The position numbers and the translations under genes are program-made. DNA of 64,000 bases, from the NCBI RefSeq assembly GCF_009914755.1, contig NC_060941.1; one strand, 5' to 3'. The notes under the pieces were generated by a model, which made no database searches, had not been told where the DNA came from, and saw only the letters and a list, made by a program, of their open reading frames with translations. Origin of the DNA: the human T2T-CHM13v2.0 reference genome, Homo sapiens. Within the stretch, counting starts at the first letter, position 1. Each line of letters begins with the position of its first letter. Below are positions 25,824 to 43,140 of the stretch, piece after piece.

Positions 25824-26859
25824 ATGGGGAGAAACCAGAGCAGAAAAGCGGAAAATTCTAAAAACCAGAGCACCTCTTCTCCTCCAAAGGATTGCAACTC
25901 CTCGCCAGCAACAGAACAAAGGTGGATGGAGAATGACTTTGATGAGCTGACAGAAGTAGGCTTCAGAAGGTCAGTAATAACAAACTTCTCTGAGCTAAAG
26001 GAGGATGTTCGAACCCATTGCAAGGAAGCTAAAAACCTTAAAAAAAGATTAGAGTAGTAGCTAACTAGAATAAACAGTGTAGAGAAAATCTTAAATGACA
26101 TAATGGAGCTGAAAACCTTGGCACGAGAACTATGTGACGCATGCACAAGCTTCACTAGCTGATTCGATCAAGTGGAAGAAAGGGTATCAGTGATTGAAGA
26201 TCAAATCAATGAAATAAAATGAGAAGAGAAGTTTAGAGAAAAAAGAGTGAAAAGAAACAAACAAAGCCTCCAAGAAATATGGGATTATGTGAAAAGACCA
26301 AATCTATGTCTGATTGGTGTACCTGAAAGTGACGGGGAGAATGGAGCCAAGTTGGAAAACACTCTTCAGGATACTATCCGGGAGAACTTCCCCAACCTAG
26401 CAAGGCAGACCAACCTCAAATTCAGGAAATACAGAGAATGCCACAAAGATACACTTCGATAAAGCAACCCCAAGACACATAATTGTCAGATTCACCAAGG
26501 TTGAAATGAAGGAAAAAACGTTTAGGACAACCAGAGAGAAAGGTCAGGTTACCCACAAAGGGAAGCCCATCAGAGTAACAGCAGATCCCTTGGCAGAAAC
26601 TCTACAAGCCAGAAGAGAGTGGGGGCCAATATTCAACATTCTTAAAGAAAAGAATTTTCAACCCAGAATTTCACATCCAGCGAAACTAAGCTTCATAAGT
26701 GAAGGAGAAATAAAATCCTTTACAGACAAGCAAATGCTGAGAGATTTTGTCACCACCAGGCCTGCCTTACAAGAGCTCCTGAAGGAAGCACTAAACATGG
26801 AAAGGCACAACCAGTACCAGCCACTGCAAAAAAACATGCCACATTGTAAAGACCGTTGA
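25824..26859 (+). pseudogene. L1 ORF1p, disrupted
   Basis: Fragments 25824-26057, 26247-26462 and 26506-26859 (EIWDYVKRPNL, ARREWGPIF) separated by stops and frameshifts. Confidence 0.93.
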
Positions 26860-26912
26860 TGCTAGGAAGAAACTGCATCAACTAACAGGCAAAATAACCA
26901 GCTAACATCATA

Positions 26913-30720
<3,808 letters not shown>

Positions 30721-31185
30721 GCGGGAATTGAACAATGAGAACACTTGGACACAGGGTGGGGAACATCACACCCCAGGGCCTGTCATGGGATGGGGAGCAG
30801 AGGGAGGGATAGCATTAGGAGAAACAGCTAATGTAAATGACAAGTTAATGGGTGCAGCAAACCAACATGGCACATGTATACCTACATAACAAACCAGCAC
30901 GTTGTGCACATGCACCCTAGAACTTAAAGTACAATAAAAAAAAAGAAAAGAAAAAATGAGAGAAGATTCAAATAAATAAAATCAGAGATGTAAAGGAGAC
31001 ATTATAATTGTTACCACAGAAATTCAAAGGATCATTATTGGCCACTAAGAGCAAATATATGCCAATAAATTGGAAAATCCAGAGAAAATGGATTCTAGAC
31101 ATATAATGCCTATCAAGATTGAACCATGAAGAAATTCAAACACTGAACAGACCAATAACAAGTAACTAGATCAAAGCCACAATAA

Positions 31186-31387
31186 TGGACACAGGAAGGG
31201 GAACATCACACACCAGGGCCTGTTGTGGGGTGGGGGGAGGGGGGAGGGATAGCATTTGGAGATATACCTAATGTTAAATGACAAGTTACTGGGTGCAGCA
31301 CACCAACATGGCACATGTATACATATGTAACTAACCTGCACGTTGTGCACATGTACCCTAAAACTTAAAGTATAATAAAAAAAAAAT
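31186..31387 (+). mobile_element. Short young L1PA 3' end inserted in the old L1 ORF2
   Basis: tggacacaggaaggggaacatcacac...cctaaaacttaaagtataataaaa; host ORF2 sequence continues on both sides. Confidence 0.92.
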
Positions 31388-32667
31388 TCTAGTAAAGAAA
31401 AGCCCAGGACACAACGGTTTTCACTACTGAATTCTACCAAACGTTTAAAGAAGATCTAATACCAATCCTATTCAAACTGGTCTGAAAAACAACGTAAGAG
31501 GGAATACTTCCAAACTTATTCTACAAGGCCAGTATTACCCTGATACCAAAACCAGACAATGACACATAAAAAAAAGAATGAAAACTACATGCCAATATCT
31601 CTGATGAATATTGAAGCAAAAACCCTCAACAAAATACTAGCAAGCCAAATTCAACAATACATTTAAAAGATAATTCATCATGACCAATTAGGGTTTATCC
31701 CAGGGATGCAAGTATAATTCAGTATATGCAAATCAATCAATGTGATACATCATTCAACAGAAGGACAAAAACCATGTGATAATTTTAATTGATGCTGAAA
31801 AAGTATTCAATAAAATTCAAAAATCTTTCATAATAAAAACCCTCAAAAAACTCGGTATATAAGAAACATACCTCAATACAATAAAAGCTACATATGACAG
31901 ACTCACAGCTGGCATCATAATAAATGGGGGGGAAACTGAAAGCCTTTCTTCTGAGATCTTAAAAGAGACAGGGATGTCCTCGCCACTGTTATTCAACATG
32001 CTACTAGAAGTTCTAGCATGAGCAGTTAGACAAGAGAAAGAAATGTAGGGCATCCAAACTGGAAAGGAAGAAGTCAAATTACTCTTGTTTGCAGATGTTA
32101 TGATCTTATATTTGGAAAAGCACCAAAAACTATTAAAACAGATAAATAAATCTGGTAAAGTTGCAGGATACAAAATCAACCTACAAAAATTAGTAGTGTT
32201 TCTGTATGTCAACAGTGAACAATCTGAAAAATAAATCCAAAAAGTATCCCACTTACAATAGCCACAAATAATATTAAATGCCTAGGAATTAATTTAACCT
32301 AAGAAGTGAAAGTTCTCTACAATGAATACTATAAAATACTGATAAAAGAAATTGAAGAGGACATGAAAAAAATGGAAAAATATTCTATGTTCATGGATTG
32401 GAAGAATAAATATTGTTAAAATGTCCATACTATCCAAGGCGATCTATAGATTCAATGCAATCTTTATCAAAATACCAATAGCATTCTTCACATAAATAGA
32501 AAAAAAATCATAAAATACATATGGGACCACCAATGATCCAGAATACCCAAAGCTGTCCTGAGCAAAAAGAACAAAACTGGAGGAATCACATTACCTGGCT
32601 TCAAATTATGCTATAGAGTTATAGTAAACAAAACAGCATGGTATTGGCATACAAAGAGACATATAAA

Positions 32668-32982
32668 GCCGGACACAGCAGTTCATGCCTGTAATCCGAC
32701 CACTTTGGGAGGCCAAGGTGGGTGGATCACTTGAGGTCAGGAGTTCAACACCAACCTGGCCAACATGGTGAAACCCCATCTGTACTAAAAATACAAAAAT
32801 TAGCCAGGCTTAGTGGTGCTTGCCTGTAATCTCATCTACTTGGGAGGCTGAGGCAGGACAATCACTTAAATCCAGGAGGCAGAGGTTGCCGTGAGCCGAG
32901 ATTGTGCCACTGCACTCCAGCCTGAGCAATAAAGCAAGACTCAATCTAAAAAAAACAAAAACGAAACAAACAAACAAAAAAA
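32668..32982 (+). mobile_element. AluS-like element inside the old L1 ORF2
   Basis: ggatcacttgaggtcaggagttc; A-rich tail; host resumes at accaatggaacagaata. Confidence 0.93.
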
Positions 32983-35900
32983 ACATAAACCAATGGAACA
33001 GAATAAGGAACATAGAAACAAATCCACACACTTATAGTGAACTTATTTTCAACCAAGATGCCAAGAACATACATTGGGGGAAAGACAATCTCTTCAATAA
33101 ATGGTGCTGGGAAAACTGGATATCCATATGCAGAAGGATAAAACTAAACCCCTATTACTCACCACATACAAAATCAAATAAAATGCATGAAATACTTATA
33201 TCTAAGACCTCAAACTATGAAATAACTGAAAGAAAACATTGAGGAGACTCTCTAGGACATTGGAGTGGGCAAAGATTTCTTGAGTAATATCTGACAAGCA
33301 CAGGCAACCAAAGCATCAATGGACAAATGGGATCATCTCAAGTTAAAAGGTTTTTACACAGCAAAAGAAACAATGAACAAACTGAAGAGACAACTCACAG
33401 AATGGGAGAAAATATTTGCAAACTATCCACCTGGCAAGGAACTAAAAACCAGAATATAAAAGGAGCTCAACAACTCTATAAGGAAAATTCTAATAATCTG
33501 ATTTTAAAATGAACAAAATATATCAATAGACATTTCTCAAAAGAAGACATACAAATGGCAAACAGGCATATGAAAAGGTAATCAACATCATTCATTGATC
33601 ACCAGAGGAATGCAAATCAAACTACAGTAAGATATCATCTCACCTCAGTTAAAATGGCTTTTATGCTAAAGACAGGCAATAACAAATGCTGACAAGGATT
33701 TGGAGAAAAAGGAACACTCCCAATGTTGGGAATATAAATTGGTACAACCACTATGGAGAACAAGTTTGAAGTTCCTCAAAAAACTAAAAATAGAGCTGCC
33801 ACATGATCCAGCAATCCCACTGCTGGGTATGTACCCAAAAGAAAAGAAATCAGTATGTTAAAGAAAGATTTGCACTCTTATGTTTACTGCAGCACTGTTC
33901 ACAATAGCCAAGATTTGGAAGCAACCTAAATGTTCATCAACAGATAAATGGATAAAGAAAATGTGGTACATATACACAATTTAGTACTATTCAGCCATAA
34001 AAGAGTGAGATCTTGTTATTTGCAACAACATGGATGGAACTAGAGGTTCTCATGTTAAGTGGAATAAGTGAGGCACAGGAGAAAAAACATCATATGTTCT
34101 TACCTATTTGTGGGATCTAAAAATCAAAACAATTGAACTCACGGACTTAGAAAGTAAAAGGACAGTTACCAGAGGCTGGGAAAGGTAGTGGGGTCCAGGG
34201 GAAGGTGGGGATGGTTAATGGGTATAAAAAATAGAAAGAATAAATAAGACCTATTATTTGATAACACAACAATGTGACTACAGTCAATACTAATTTAATT
34301 GTACATTTAAACATAACTAAAAGAGTATAATTGGATTGTTTGTAACACAAAGGATGAACACTTTGATGTCATGGATACCCCATTTTCCATGATGAAATTA
34401 TTATGCGTTGCATGCCTGTATCAAAATATTTCATGTTCCCCATAAATATATACACCTACTGTGTACCTACAAAAATAAAAAATAAAATTTTATTTAAAAC
34501 CTGAAACGGAAGACTGTACAAATGGACTCAATTTTTTCTTAGAAGTATTCCTTAAAAGCAAAGGGACATCTGATTACTCTTATAGCATTTATCCAACTTC
34601 AATCTTGGAATATAGGAGAAATAGCAATAAATGTAAAATTATTAAACCTGAGTTATAACCTAGCTCTGTCTCCTAAGAGCTTTGAACCATGGACAAATCA
34701 TCAATTCTCAACTACCTCTAAGCCTCAACAAGTTATTGTGGGAATTAAGTGAGAAAATGTTTGTCAAAGCATTTTAAAATATAACACAATATAAAAAGAT
34801 AATGTCTGTTGCATTTATCATCATCATCATCATTTTTGTCCTTGAGCTCAAGCCATCAATTATGATCATTAAAAATTGTCTGATATAATACTTATGTATT
34901 TATTTATATGAATCCATATAGCAAACAAGTTGATAGTAAGTTAATACCAGATCTGATTTTACTTTTATTCTCCCCCACATGCACATTTTCATAAATATTG
35001 TTGAAATGTTTATTAAATGTTTTATAAGTTTGTTCCCGCATTTTAAACATGCTTCCTAAAAGCTCAGCCCTCATTTTTAAAGTAGCTCACAATTTTTGAG
35101 CTCTTACTTGGGGCTAGAAACTGTCCTGGGCATTTTAAATACAAAACCTCATTTAATCCTCTCAAGAACTCCATAAGGGTAAGGTACTGTGGTGATCTTT
35201 ACTTTGATAATGAGACTTCCCTAAGGTAGACAATTTCCCATTCTGCAAAGACTGTGTTTCTCTTAAAATATTGGAAAGACAGATAAATCAGCTGTGGTCC
35301 TCTCCTGGGGAATGTGTTTGTCATGAGAGGGGATTCGTATTGCAATATCTTCAGCATCAGTTACAGTTTACATTGGAAACTTCAACTTACTTGCCTAGCA
35401 TATTTTGTGACATTTTCACTAACCTCCTAATGGAAAAAAAAAGCTGAGCCATCAACTGTCAATTTTGGATAATTTTAAAGATGACAGGATAATTTTTCAT
35501 CTACCTCATTCCAAAAGCAGTATGATGTAGCTATACGGTGACACCAACACATGCCTTAGAGAACATGCTCCATCTGAGCAGAGTTTATATCACCCACAAG
35601 GACTAAGGCAATGTTAAAAATATAGACTTTCAGTAAATGCTTGCTGAACTGAAATGGTTCCAAATTGTTAAATTAAAAGAGATAATAGCAGAAAAGTCAA
35701 AGCAGCAAATGATGAGCAGGTTATCAGAGAAATAAAGAAAGCAGAAGATAAATTGCCCTCCATCCCAGAGCTAGCAAGTGCACTAAACTTACTACTGTGG
35801 AATGTGTTTAATGATAGATAATTGAGTTGTTTCATTACTCACCAAGAGAAGAGAAAGATGAAACCGTACTCAGAATAATTTTGAATAAAAAGCCCCTTTG

Positions 35901-36119
35901 TTTTATCAAACCACATTATGTTCTGTTAAGTGGCAAAGTTGAATGAAAATACCTTCAAGTTGTAAAACACTCATCAAATATAAGACATTAATAAAATAGT
36001 TGTATAACATCGGATCTCTCAACTTTATTCAACCATTTCTTCCCTTAGATGATGAGACTGTCTGTAAGTAAGTAGGATGAGTAGGAAAAGCTAAGATTTT
36101 AACTCAACCACCAAGTTTA

Positions 36120-37169
36120 CTTTTTTCTCCTTTTGCAGAATAGCACCATATATTTCTTTTTAAATTTTTTTTTATTTTTAATTTTTGTGGGTACCTGGTA
36201 TGTGTATATAAGGTACATTCGATGTTTTGAAAAAGGCATGTAATGTGAAATACTCACAGCATAGAAAATGGGATATCCATTGCCTCAAGCATTTATCCTT
36301 TGATTTACAAATAATTCAATTAAACTATTTTAGTTATTTTTAAGTGTACAATTAAGCTGTTACTGATTATAGTCACCCTGTTGTGCCATCAAATACTAGG
36401 TCTTATTCTTTCTAACTGTTTTTTGTACCCATTAACCATCCCTACCTCCACATCAGCTCCCTACCACCCTTTTAGCCTCTAGTAACCATCCTTCTACTCT
36501 CTATTTCTAGGAGTTCAATTGTTTTGATTTTTATGTCTTACAAGTAAGTGAGAACATGTGATGTTTGTCTTTCGGTGTATGGCTTATTTCACTTAACGTG
36601 ATGACCTCCAGTTCCATCCATGTCATTGCAAATGACAGTATCTCATTCTTTTTTACGGCTGAATAGTACTCCATTGTGTATTTATACCACATTTTCTTTA
36701 TCCAGTCTTCTGTTGATGGATGCTCAGGTTGCTTCCAAGTCTTAGTTATTGTGAATAGTGCTGCAACAACAAACATAGGAGTGCAGATATCTCTTTAATA
36801 TACGGATTTCCTTTCTTTTGAGTATATACCCAGCAGTGGGATTGCTGGATTATATGGTAGCTCTTTTAGTTTTAGGATTTTTTTGTTTTTGCTTTTGTTT
36901 TTTTTAGGAACCTCGAAACTGTCCTCCATAGTGGTTGTACTAATTTACATTCTCATCAACAGTTTACAAGGGTTCTTTTTTCTCCACATCCTTGCCAGTA
37001 TTTGTTATTGCCTGTCTTTTGGATTAAAAGCCATTTTAACTGGAGTGAGATGATATCTCACTGTAGTTTTGATTTACATTTCTCTAATGAGTAATGATAT
37101 TGATCACCTTTTTATATGCCTGCTTGCTATTTCTGTGTCTTCTTTTGATAAATGTCTATTCAAATCTAG
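36120..37169 (-). mobile_element. 5'-truncated L1MA 3' end (~1 kb) inserted in a MIR
   Basis: ORF2 C-terminus in ORF 36531-36776. Perfect TSD accaccaagttta at 36107-36119 and 37170-37182. Confidence 0.9.
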
Positions 37170-37230
37170 ACCACCAAGTTTAAATGATAGCTCTGCTACT
37201 CTGACCCTAAGCAACTTACTTCTCTCTGGA

Positions 37231-37422
37231 GTAGTTCTCAAATGTGAAGTGGATAAGAATCACCTGAGATACTTAAATGTGTATTTTCAGGTGCCAACAA
37301 CAGAGATTCTTGGTTAGGGGGAATCTCTGGAATCTGACTTTTTTGGTGGAAATCTAGTTTTTCATAGGCACCCCAAAATATTCTAATGAAGGTGGTCCAG
37401 GTCTCCCACTTAAATAAATAGT
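37231..37422. mobile_element. MER5-type hAT element
   Basis: gtagttctcaaa...gaatcacctg...ttctaatgaaggtggtcc. Confidence 0.6.
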
Positions 37423-37550
37423 ATTCCAGGAATCTTATTTCCCTTATCTTTCAGAAGCATATAACAATACCCACAGGATCAGGGGAAGTTTTTTAGTGGG
37501 GTGGGAGGTAAATGAGCTAACATATTTTACCAACAGTTTTGAACATCTAC

Positions 37551-37938
37551 TGTATTGGTCTGCTAGGGAAACCATAACAAAATACCACAGACTATGTGTC
37601 TCTACCAACAGAATTTTATTTTCTCACCATTCTGAAGGCTAGAAGTCCAAAATCAATGTGTTACCAGGATTGGTTTCTGGTGAGACCTCTCATCCTCGCT
37701 TGTAGATAACCACCTGCTGGCTGTGTCCTCACATGGCTTTTCCTTTCTGCATATGTGGAGAGAGATAGACACCATCTCTAATGTCTCTTCCTCTTCTTGC
37801 AGGGGACAATTTCTGTCAAATTAGGACTCCATCCTATGGCCTCCTTTAACCTCCCTAAGGGCCTTATCTCGAATAATGTCACATTGGGTGTTAAGCTTCA
37901 CCATGTAAATTTTGGGGGGCACAATGCAGTTCATAATA
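37551..37938 (-). mobile_element. MLT1A0-like MaLR LTR
   Basis: tgtattggtctgctaggg...ccataacaaaataccacagact...ggggggcacaatgcagttcataata. Confidence 0.85.
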
Positions 37939-38999
37939 CCTGTTATGTGGAAATACATGTTTTAGATAAAATGAGGAATATGGATAAATGAGATTTGGAC
38001 CTTGCTCTTAAGACATGTACATTCCAATAAGGACATATAAATTGCAATTATCTTCCAATCCACATTACTATAACTTCGACTGCTCTGTTTATGTCACATC
38101 ATTTCCCACTTATAATATCCAGATAGTTGATCAATGAACTGGGAATATCTTGTCCTTAGGTTGTCTATGATATTTTTCTCATTGAGAATATGAATCAAAA
38201 CATAGAAGGTGTGGTTTGGAGCTGACTCATAACAACTGTAGAAAACTAGAAGGAAGATCCATAAACTCCAGCTGCTGAGGTTCTCAGAGTTTCACTTTTG
38301 AAGCCTCATCATCCAACCTTTCCTTAAATTCCATGACAATCATATTGAAATATAAGTAGGTTTTTCCTTATTGAGCTAAGTACATGCTGAGATAATCATA
38401 CAATTAGGAAGAATGTGAAAAGTATAAGAATATAGGTATTATGGAGGTTTTGAGAAAAACAATTTTTTCACTAGAATGCTCAGTGAGATAGATATCTGAC
38501 TTGAGAAATAGAGACTATGAATGATTTTGATATCTGATGAAGGAACTACAGAATTTTTGGTAAATAAATGAACAGGAGCATTATCTTCCATTGGATTTGG
38601 GAAAATTACTTAATTTTTGTGTTAAGGAAGGGAATCTGAAATACAGAGAAGCTACATAACACAGTCGGATATGGATTCAAACCAGACCCTTAGTGGCCTG
38701 ACTCTTAATCACTGTACTCATTTGTCTCCAAGGGTACCACTACTTCTACTCCTACAAAGTCAAATGCTAAACTATGTGCTACATACTGAGGCTATCACAG
38801 AACATCTCAGGGGAAGCAAACCAATTAGATCTAAAATAATCAGAGCTTTTAGGGAGGAGTTGAAACCAAGGCTGGGCCTCAAGTGGTATAGGATATTTAG
38901 GAAAAAGGAGAAGAATAGTGAAAACAATACACATTTCATGCCAAGGTCAGCTAATATAGGAGTTGAGTTCCTGAGAGTCAGAAACTTTTTAAAATGTAC

Positions 39000-39940
39000 T
39001 TAAATTTAATATGGATGCAATAATGTCATCTAATACACAATTCGTATTCAAATTTCCACGAAATGTCCTTTACATCTGTTTTTTTTCTAGTCTAGAATCC
39101 AATCAAAATGCAACATTACAATTGTCTGTGTCTCTCCATTTCCCTTTAAACCAGATGAATCTTCTTTAATCTAGAACAATCCTTCATGTTATTGACATTT
39201 TTAATAGTCTAGGCTACTTGACTATTAGATTGTCCCATATTCTGTATTTTTTTCATTGCTCCTTTATAATTAAATTCAGGTTAAATGTTTTTGGCAAGAA
39301 TATTGCAAAGATGATGTATAATTTCCTCTGAATCACAATAGATGGCAGGGTTTATTAATTTGTTCTGCTGATGGAGGATAAGTTTGACTATTTGATTAAG
39401 CTGGTATCTGCCAGATCGTTTCATTATAAAACTAACTTTTCCCTGTAATTTAATAAGCAATCAGTAGGGGGATATTTTAAGACCATGCAAGTATCTTGTC
39501 TCCTAACACCAAGGTATTTGTCCTCTTTCACCAAGTAATTTTGACTTCCATTGATGATCCTTACCTGAATTAATTATCATATAGTTGGTATCAGAATGGT
39601 TTTATTCCAACACTATTCTTTCTTCTACATATGTTAGCTGGCATTCTTCTATAAAGCAAAGCATTTCAATCCTCCTCCTCACTTTTCACGTCATTATGGG
39701 TTCATGTATTATCATTTTACACACTGTATTTGTTCATTGTTTTACACATCATTTTTCATGCTCAAATTGTCACAAATGTGGCCAGTGGAAGACTCTTCAA
39801 CTCAGCTCTCATGCCCGCTTGACTCACTCCCAGTAGTTTTTGAACAATTCCTTACTTTCAGGCACCCCCAAATGGCTAGGCTTACTTTGTACCTTCTCTG
39901 CCCCAGGCCTAAAATCACCCATATCTCAAAGGAGCCCTAT
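39000..39940 (-). mobile_element. L1MC-type 3' end
   Basis: ttcaggttaaatgtttttggcaagaata, ccattgatgatccttacctgaattaattat, ccccaggcctaaaatcacccatatctcaaaggagccct. Confidence 0.7.
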
Positions 39941-40366
39941 ATTGGGTATTTAGGGGCCCACTTTTCTTAATGAAGCCATTTAAAGCTTTTGTAGTCCAAT
40001 TTTGAGGCGCAATTTGCTGGTCAGCCACTTCATTGTCTTCACATAATTTCAATATGATATTGATTTGAAACTCAAACCCTGATTGAACTATGATTGAGGA
40101 GTGGTTGATGTTCTCAAATTGTCCTAGTGTGTGCTGCAAAAGGTTAGCAACCAAAATATAAGGTGTAAAAGGTAAATTTATTACCTGAAAAGATATTGAG
40201 TAGTTTATCTCTCTACCTATATGCTTCTGAAATTTATATCACAATATGCATTACACAAATATAGTGTTCTAAGCCTGTTTTGTTTTTTTCTCCCCAAATA
40301 CTTCTACTATATCCTCAGTCAAATTGCGATCAGATTATCCTATTAGCTTGGCACACTGTTTTAAAC

Positions 40367-40567
40367 CAGGGATCGGCAAAGTTTTTCTTAAAAAGCCAGA
40401 CAATAAATATATTAAGTTGTGTCAGTCATTTGATCTCTGTTGCACCATTCAAATCTTCAGACATAGGACAAAATTAGCCATCGGCAATACATGAACGGGC
40501 ATGACTATGTGTCCAATAAAACTTTATCTGCAAAAACAGAAGTTAGATTATAGTTTGTGAACCTTTG
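40367..40567. mobile_element. MER58A hAT-Charlie element
   Basis: cagggatcggcaaa...ccaataaaactttat...tagtttgtgaacctttg; flanks ttttaaac and tcataaac. Confidence 0.8.
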
Positions 40568-40812
40568 TCATAAACAAAAGTAACAACAACAAATGTGACA
40601 ACTATTACTTCTATATTAGTACTACTTCTACAATAAAATTTGGTGGTAGTCCTAGAATCCAAGATATTCACTTAATATTTTGCCATTATTCCTTCCAGTC
40701 TTTATACTCCATGCCCTTTTTTTTTTCTTACATCATGGTAATTGTTCTTCATACATGTGGTTTTTTTATCCAGCATTTTTCATTTAATTTTGTAATCAAA
40801 ACATTTCTCACC

Positions 40813-41090
40813 TGTAGTAGATACTGCTGTGTTTTTTCCCTTCCCCATATCACCTCCACCCTCTCTAAGCTCAGCTGCAGACACACTACACAATCCTATA
40901 CACATTAACAGCTTTCCACCTTGATATTTGCACCTCTCTGCCTTTCTATCAAACACTCTTTCCAGGTTCGTGGGAGTGTGCTTTTCAGGGACACCCTAAA
41001 GCACAATAGTTTCAATCCTTCTGAGGGCAAGCCCCAACAAATGAGGGGCTAGAAATGGGAGGTAAATGATCCAACTTCCCTGTTTTTCAA
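40813..41090. mobile_element. ERVL LTR16-like fragment
   Basis: tgtagtagatactg start and gcaagccccaacaaatgaggg...gggaggtaaatgatccaacttccc. Confidence 0.45.
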
Positions 41091-42069
41091 TGCCATTTTT
41101 ACAATTTACCAATTATATTCGTATTACATTTTCTCCAGTTTGTCGATATTCTCATTTTGTTTATTAATTTTTACACATACAAGTTTTAAATAATCATCTT
41201 TATTAATTGATTTTTACTGCTTTACATCATGGCTTTAGGTTGATTAAAATCCTCTCTCAGAAAGCAATTTTACATGTATTCTTCATTTTAACTTTAGAAC
41301 CAGTCAAGCCTTCAAAAAGCCCAAAATTATAGAAATTTTGATGAGAAGTGAATTTAAACAAATGCATTTGTTGATAGTTATACCTTAGTCATATTCAGAC
41401 TTTCCATGTATTAAGTTAGGTTGACTTTTCATAGTTCATTCTTTTTTTAATGACACTCAGAATGTTTATAAATTTTCTTGATGTAAACATCAGGTATTTG
41501 GTATTAAGATTATTTCTGGATTTTTCTCCTTTATTGCAATTGTGAATTAAGGATTTTTTTCATCCATTACATTCTGTAAATTTATCTTGTATCTAGCTGA
41601 ATGTTCATATTCATTGTGATATTATGTATAAGTACATTTATGGAATTGTATTCTGGAGAGATGCTATCAACTATATACAAGGACAATATAGAAACCAGTT
41701 CGTTGAAAGTCATTGTTGCAGTGATATAAATATTTTCAGAAAGCCATTCATGCCCATCTACAAGCACATAATATTTTATGGCCTGATTTTTTTGTGTTTT
41801 AATTCCTGGCTTGACTCAATGTTTTTAGTCTCTTCTAATTATAATATGCTAGTTTCCTGTATTTTAGGTATTCTCATAACAACCCTAAATAACTTCTGAA
41901 ATAAGAAGGGCATACGTCTTTTAATATGATACTAACTCTAATCATTTCAGGTTGATTCTTTTATATTCTAAATACACAAAAGAAATAGAATTCAGCTTGC
42001 ATCTTTTCAATAAAAATCAAATTGTAAAATATATTGCATTTACAAAATATATTGTAGAAGAAAAATTTA

Positions 42070-42262
42070 TTCTTCCTAAGTGGAACTTTGTACTCTCTGA
42101 CCAGCATCTTTCCATTTCCCCCTATCCTTGCCCCCAGAACCTGGTAACCACCATCCTACTCTCTACTTCTACAAGTTTGACTTTTTCACATTCCACATAA
42201 AATTGAGATCATGTGGTTTTTGCCTTTCTATGCCTGGCTTATTCCACTTAGCAAAGTGTCCT
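42070..42262 (-). mobile_element. L1MA/MB 3' UTR fragment
   Basis: gaactttgtactctctgaccagcatc...cctggtaaccaccatcctactctct...ttccacataaaattgagatcatg. Confidence 0.75.
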
Positions 42263-42409
42263 ATAGGACATTTGCTTCTTTACAAAATAAATTGCCATGT
42301 GGTACAGTGGCACTGTTTTCCAGGTTGTTGATATTCCAATTTTGTTCATAATTATTTGATAAATATATGTCTTAAATGTTTATGTAATTACATCAGTTTA
42401 TTTTTACTG

Positions 42410-42580
42410 CTTTATTGGCTTTAGATTTCTAAGACACTGTCTTGGAAAGTGAAGATTTGACTCTGGGATCAAATCCCAGCTCTAGAACTTACTCTGTGAA
42501 CTTGGGCAAGTTACTTAACCTCTTTCTGCCTCAATTCCCTGATCTATAAAATGGGGTCATTGTGAAGATTAAGATGTTAT
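42410..42580 (+). mobile_element. MIR
   Basis: caaatcccagctct...tgaacttgggcaagttacttaacctctttctgcctcaattccctgatctataaaatgggg. Confidence 0.8.
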
Positions 42581-42766
42581 AATCTAATACAATAGGTATA
42601 CCTTTATTTTATTTCTTATTTTATTATTTTAGACTCCCCTTTTATTTTATAGTTATTCTAATAAGTATTTTTTTAAACAGCACAGATGCTGCCTATCCTT
42701 ATTTAAAAGAAAAAGCTCTGGGGTGCCGAGGCTACAATCGGTCCCCAGGGAGACCAGAAAGAACCA

Positions 42767-42935
42767 CCATATTTCATTAAAGCAAAGATGTGCCATTACT
42801 TATGTACCATTAAGGAGAAAGAAAAAATACAGATTATAAGTCTGCCACATTATCTCAATTAAAAGATGGATTCCAAGTTCAAAGATGCTAAAATTTAAGG
42901 GGGCAGAATTGCATCTTAGAATGAATGAGATGTGG
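42767..42935. mobile_element. TcMar-Tc2 MITE (MER104/Kanga-like)
   Basis: Degenerate TIRs ccatatttcattaaagcaaagatg and catcttagaatgaatgagatgtgg. Confidence 0.55.
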
Positions 42936-43140
42936 TGAGTTTTATATGTGCATTTGTGGCTGTCATGCACCATGCTAACATTTTACATATGTTATTCTGC
43001 TAAGGATAGCATTATCATACCCATTTCACAGTTCAGATGATATTATTATACCCATTTCACAGCTGAGAAAATGGAAGTTCTCTAAGACAAAATTCTCAGG
43101 ATAGCACTATTATATCCATTTTACAGTTAAGAAAATGTAA

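Noticed and set aside
31225-31248. G-quadruplex motif
   Set aside because: Standard L1PA 3' UTR tract.
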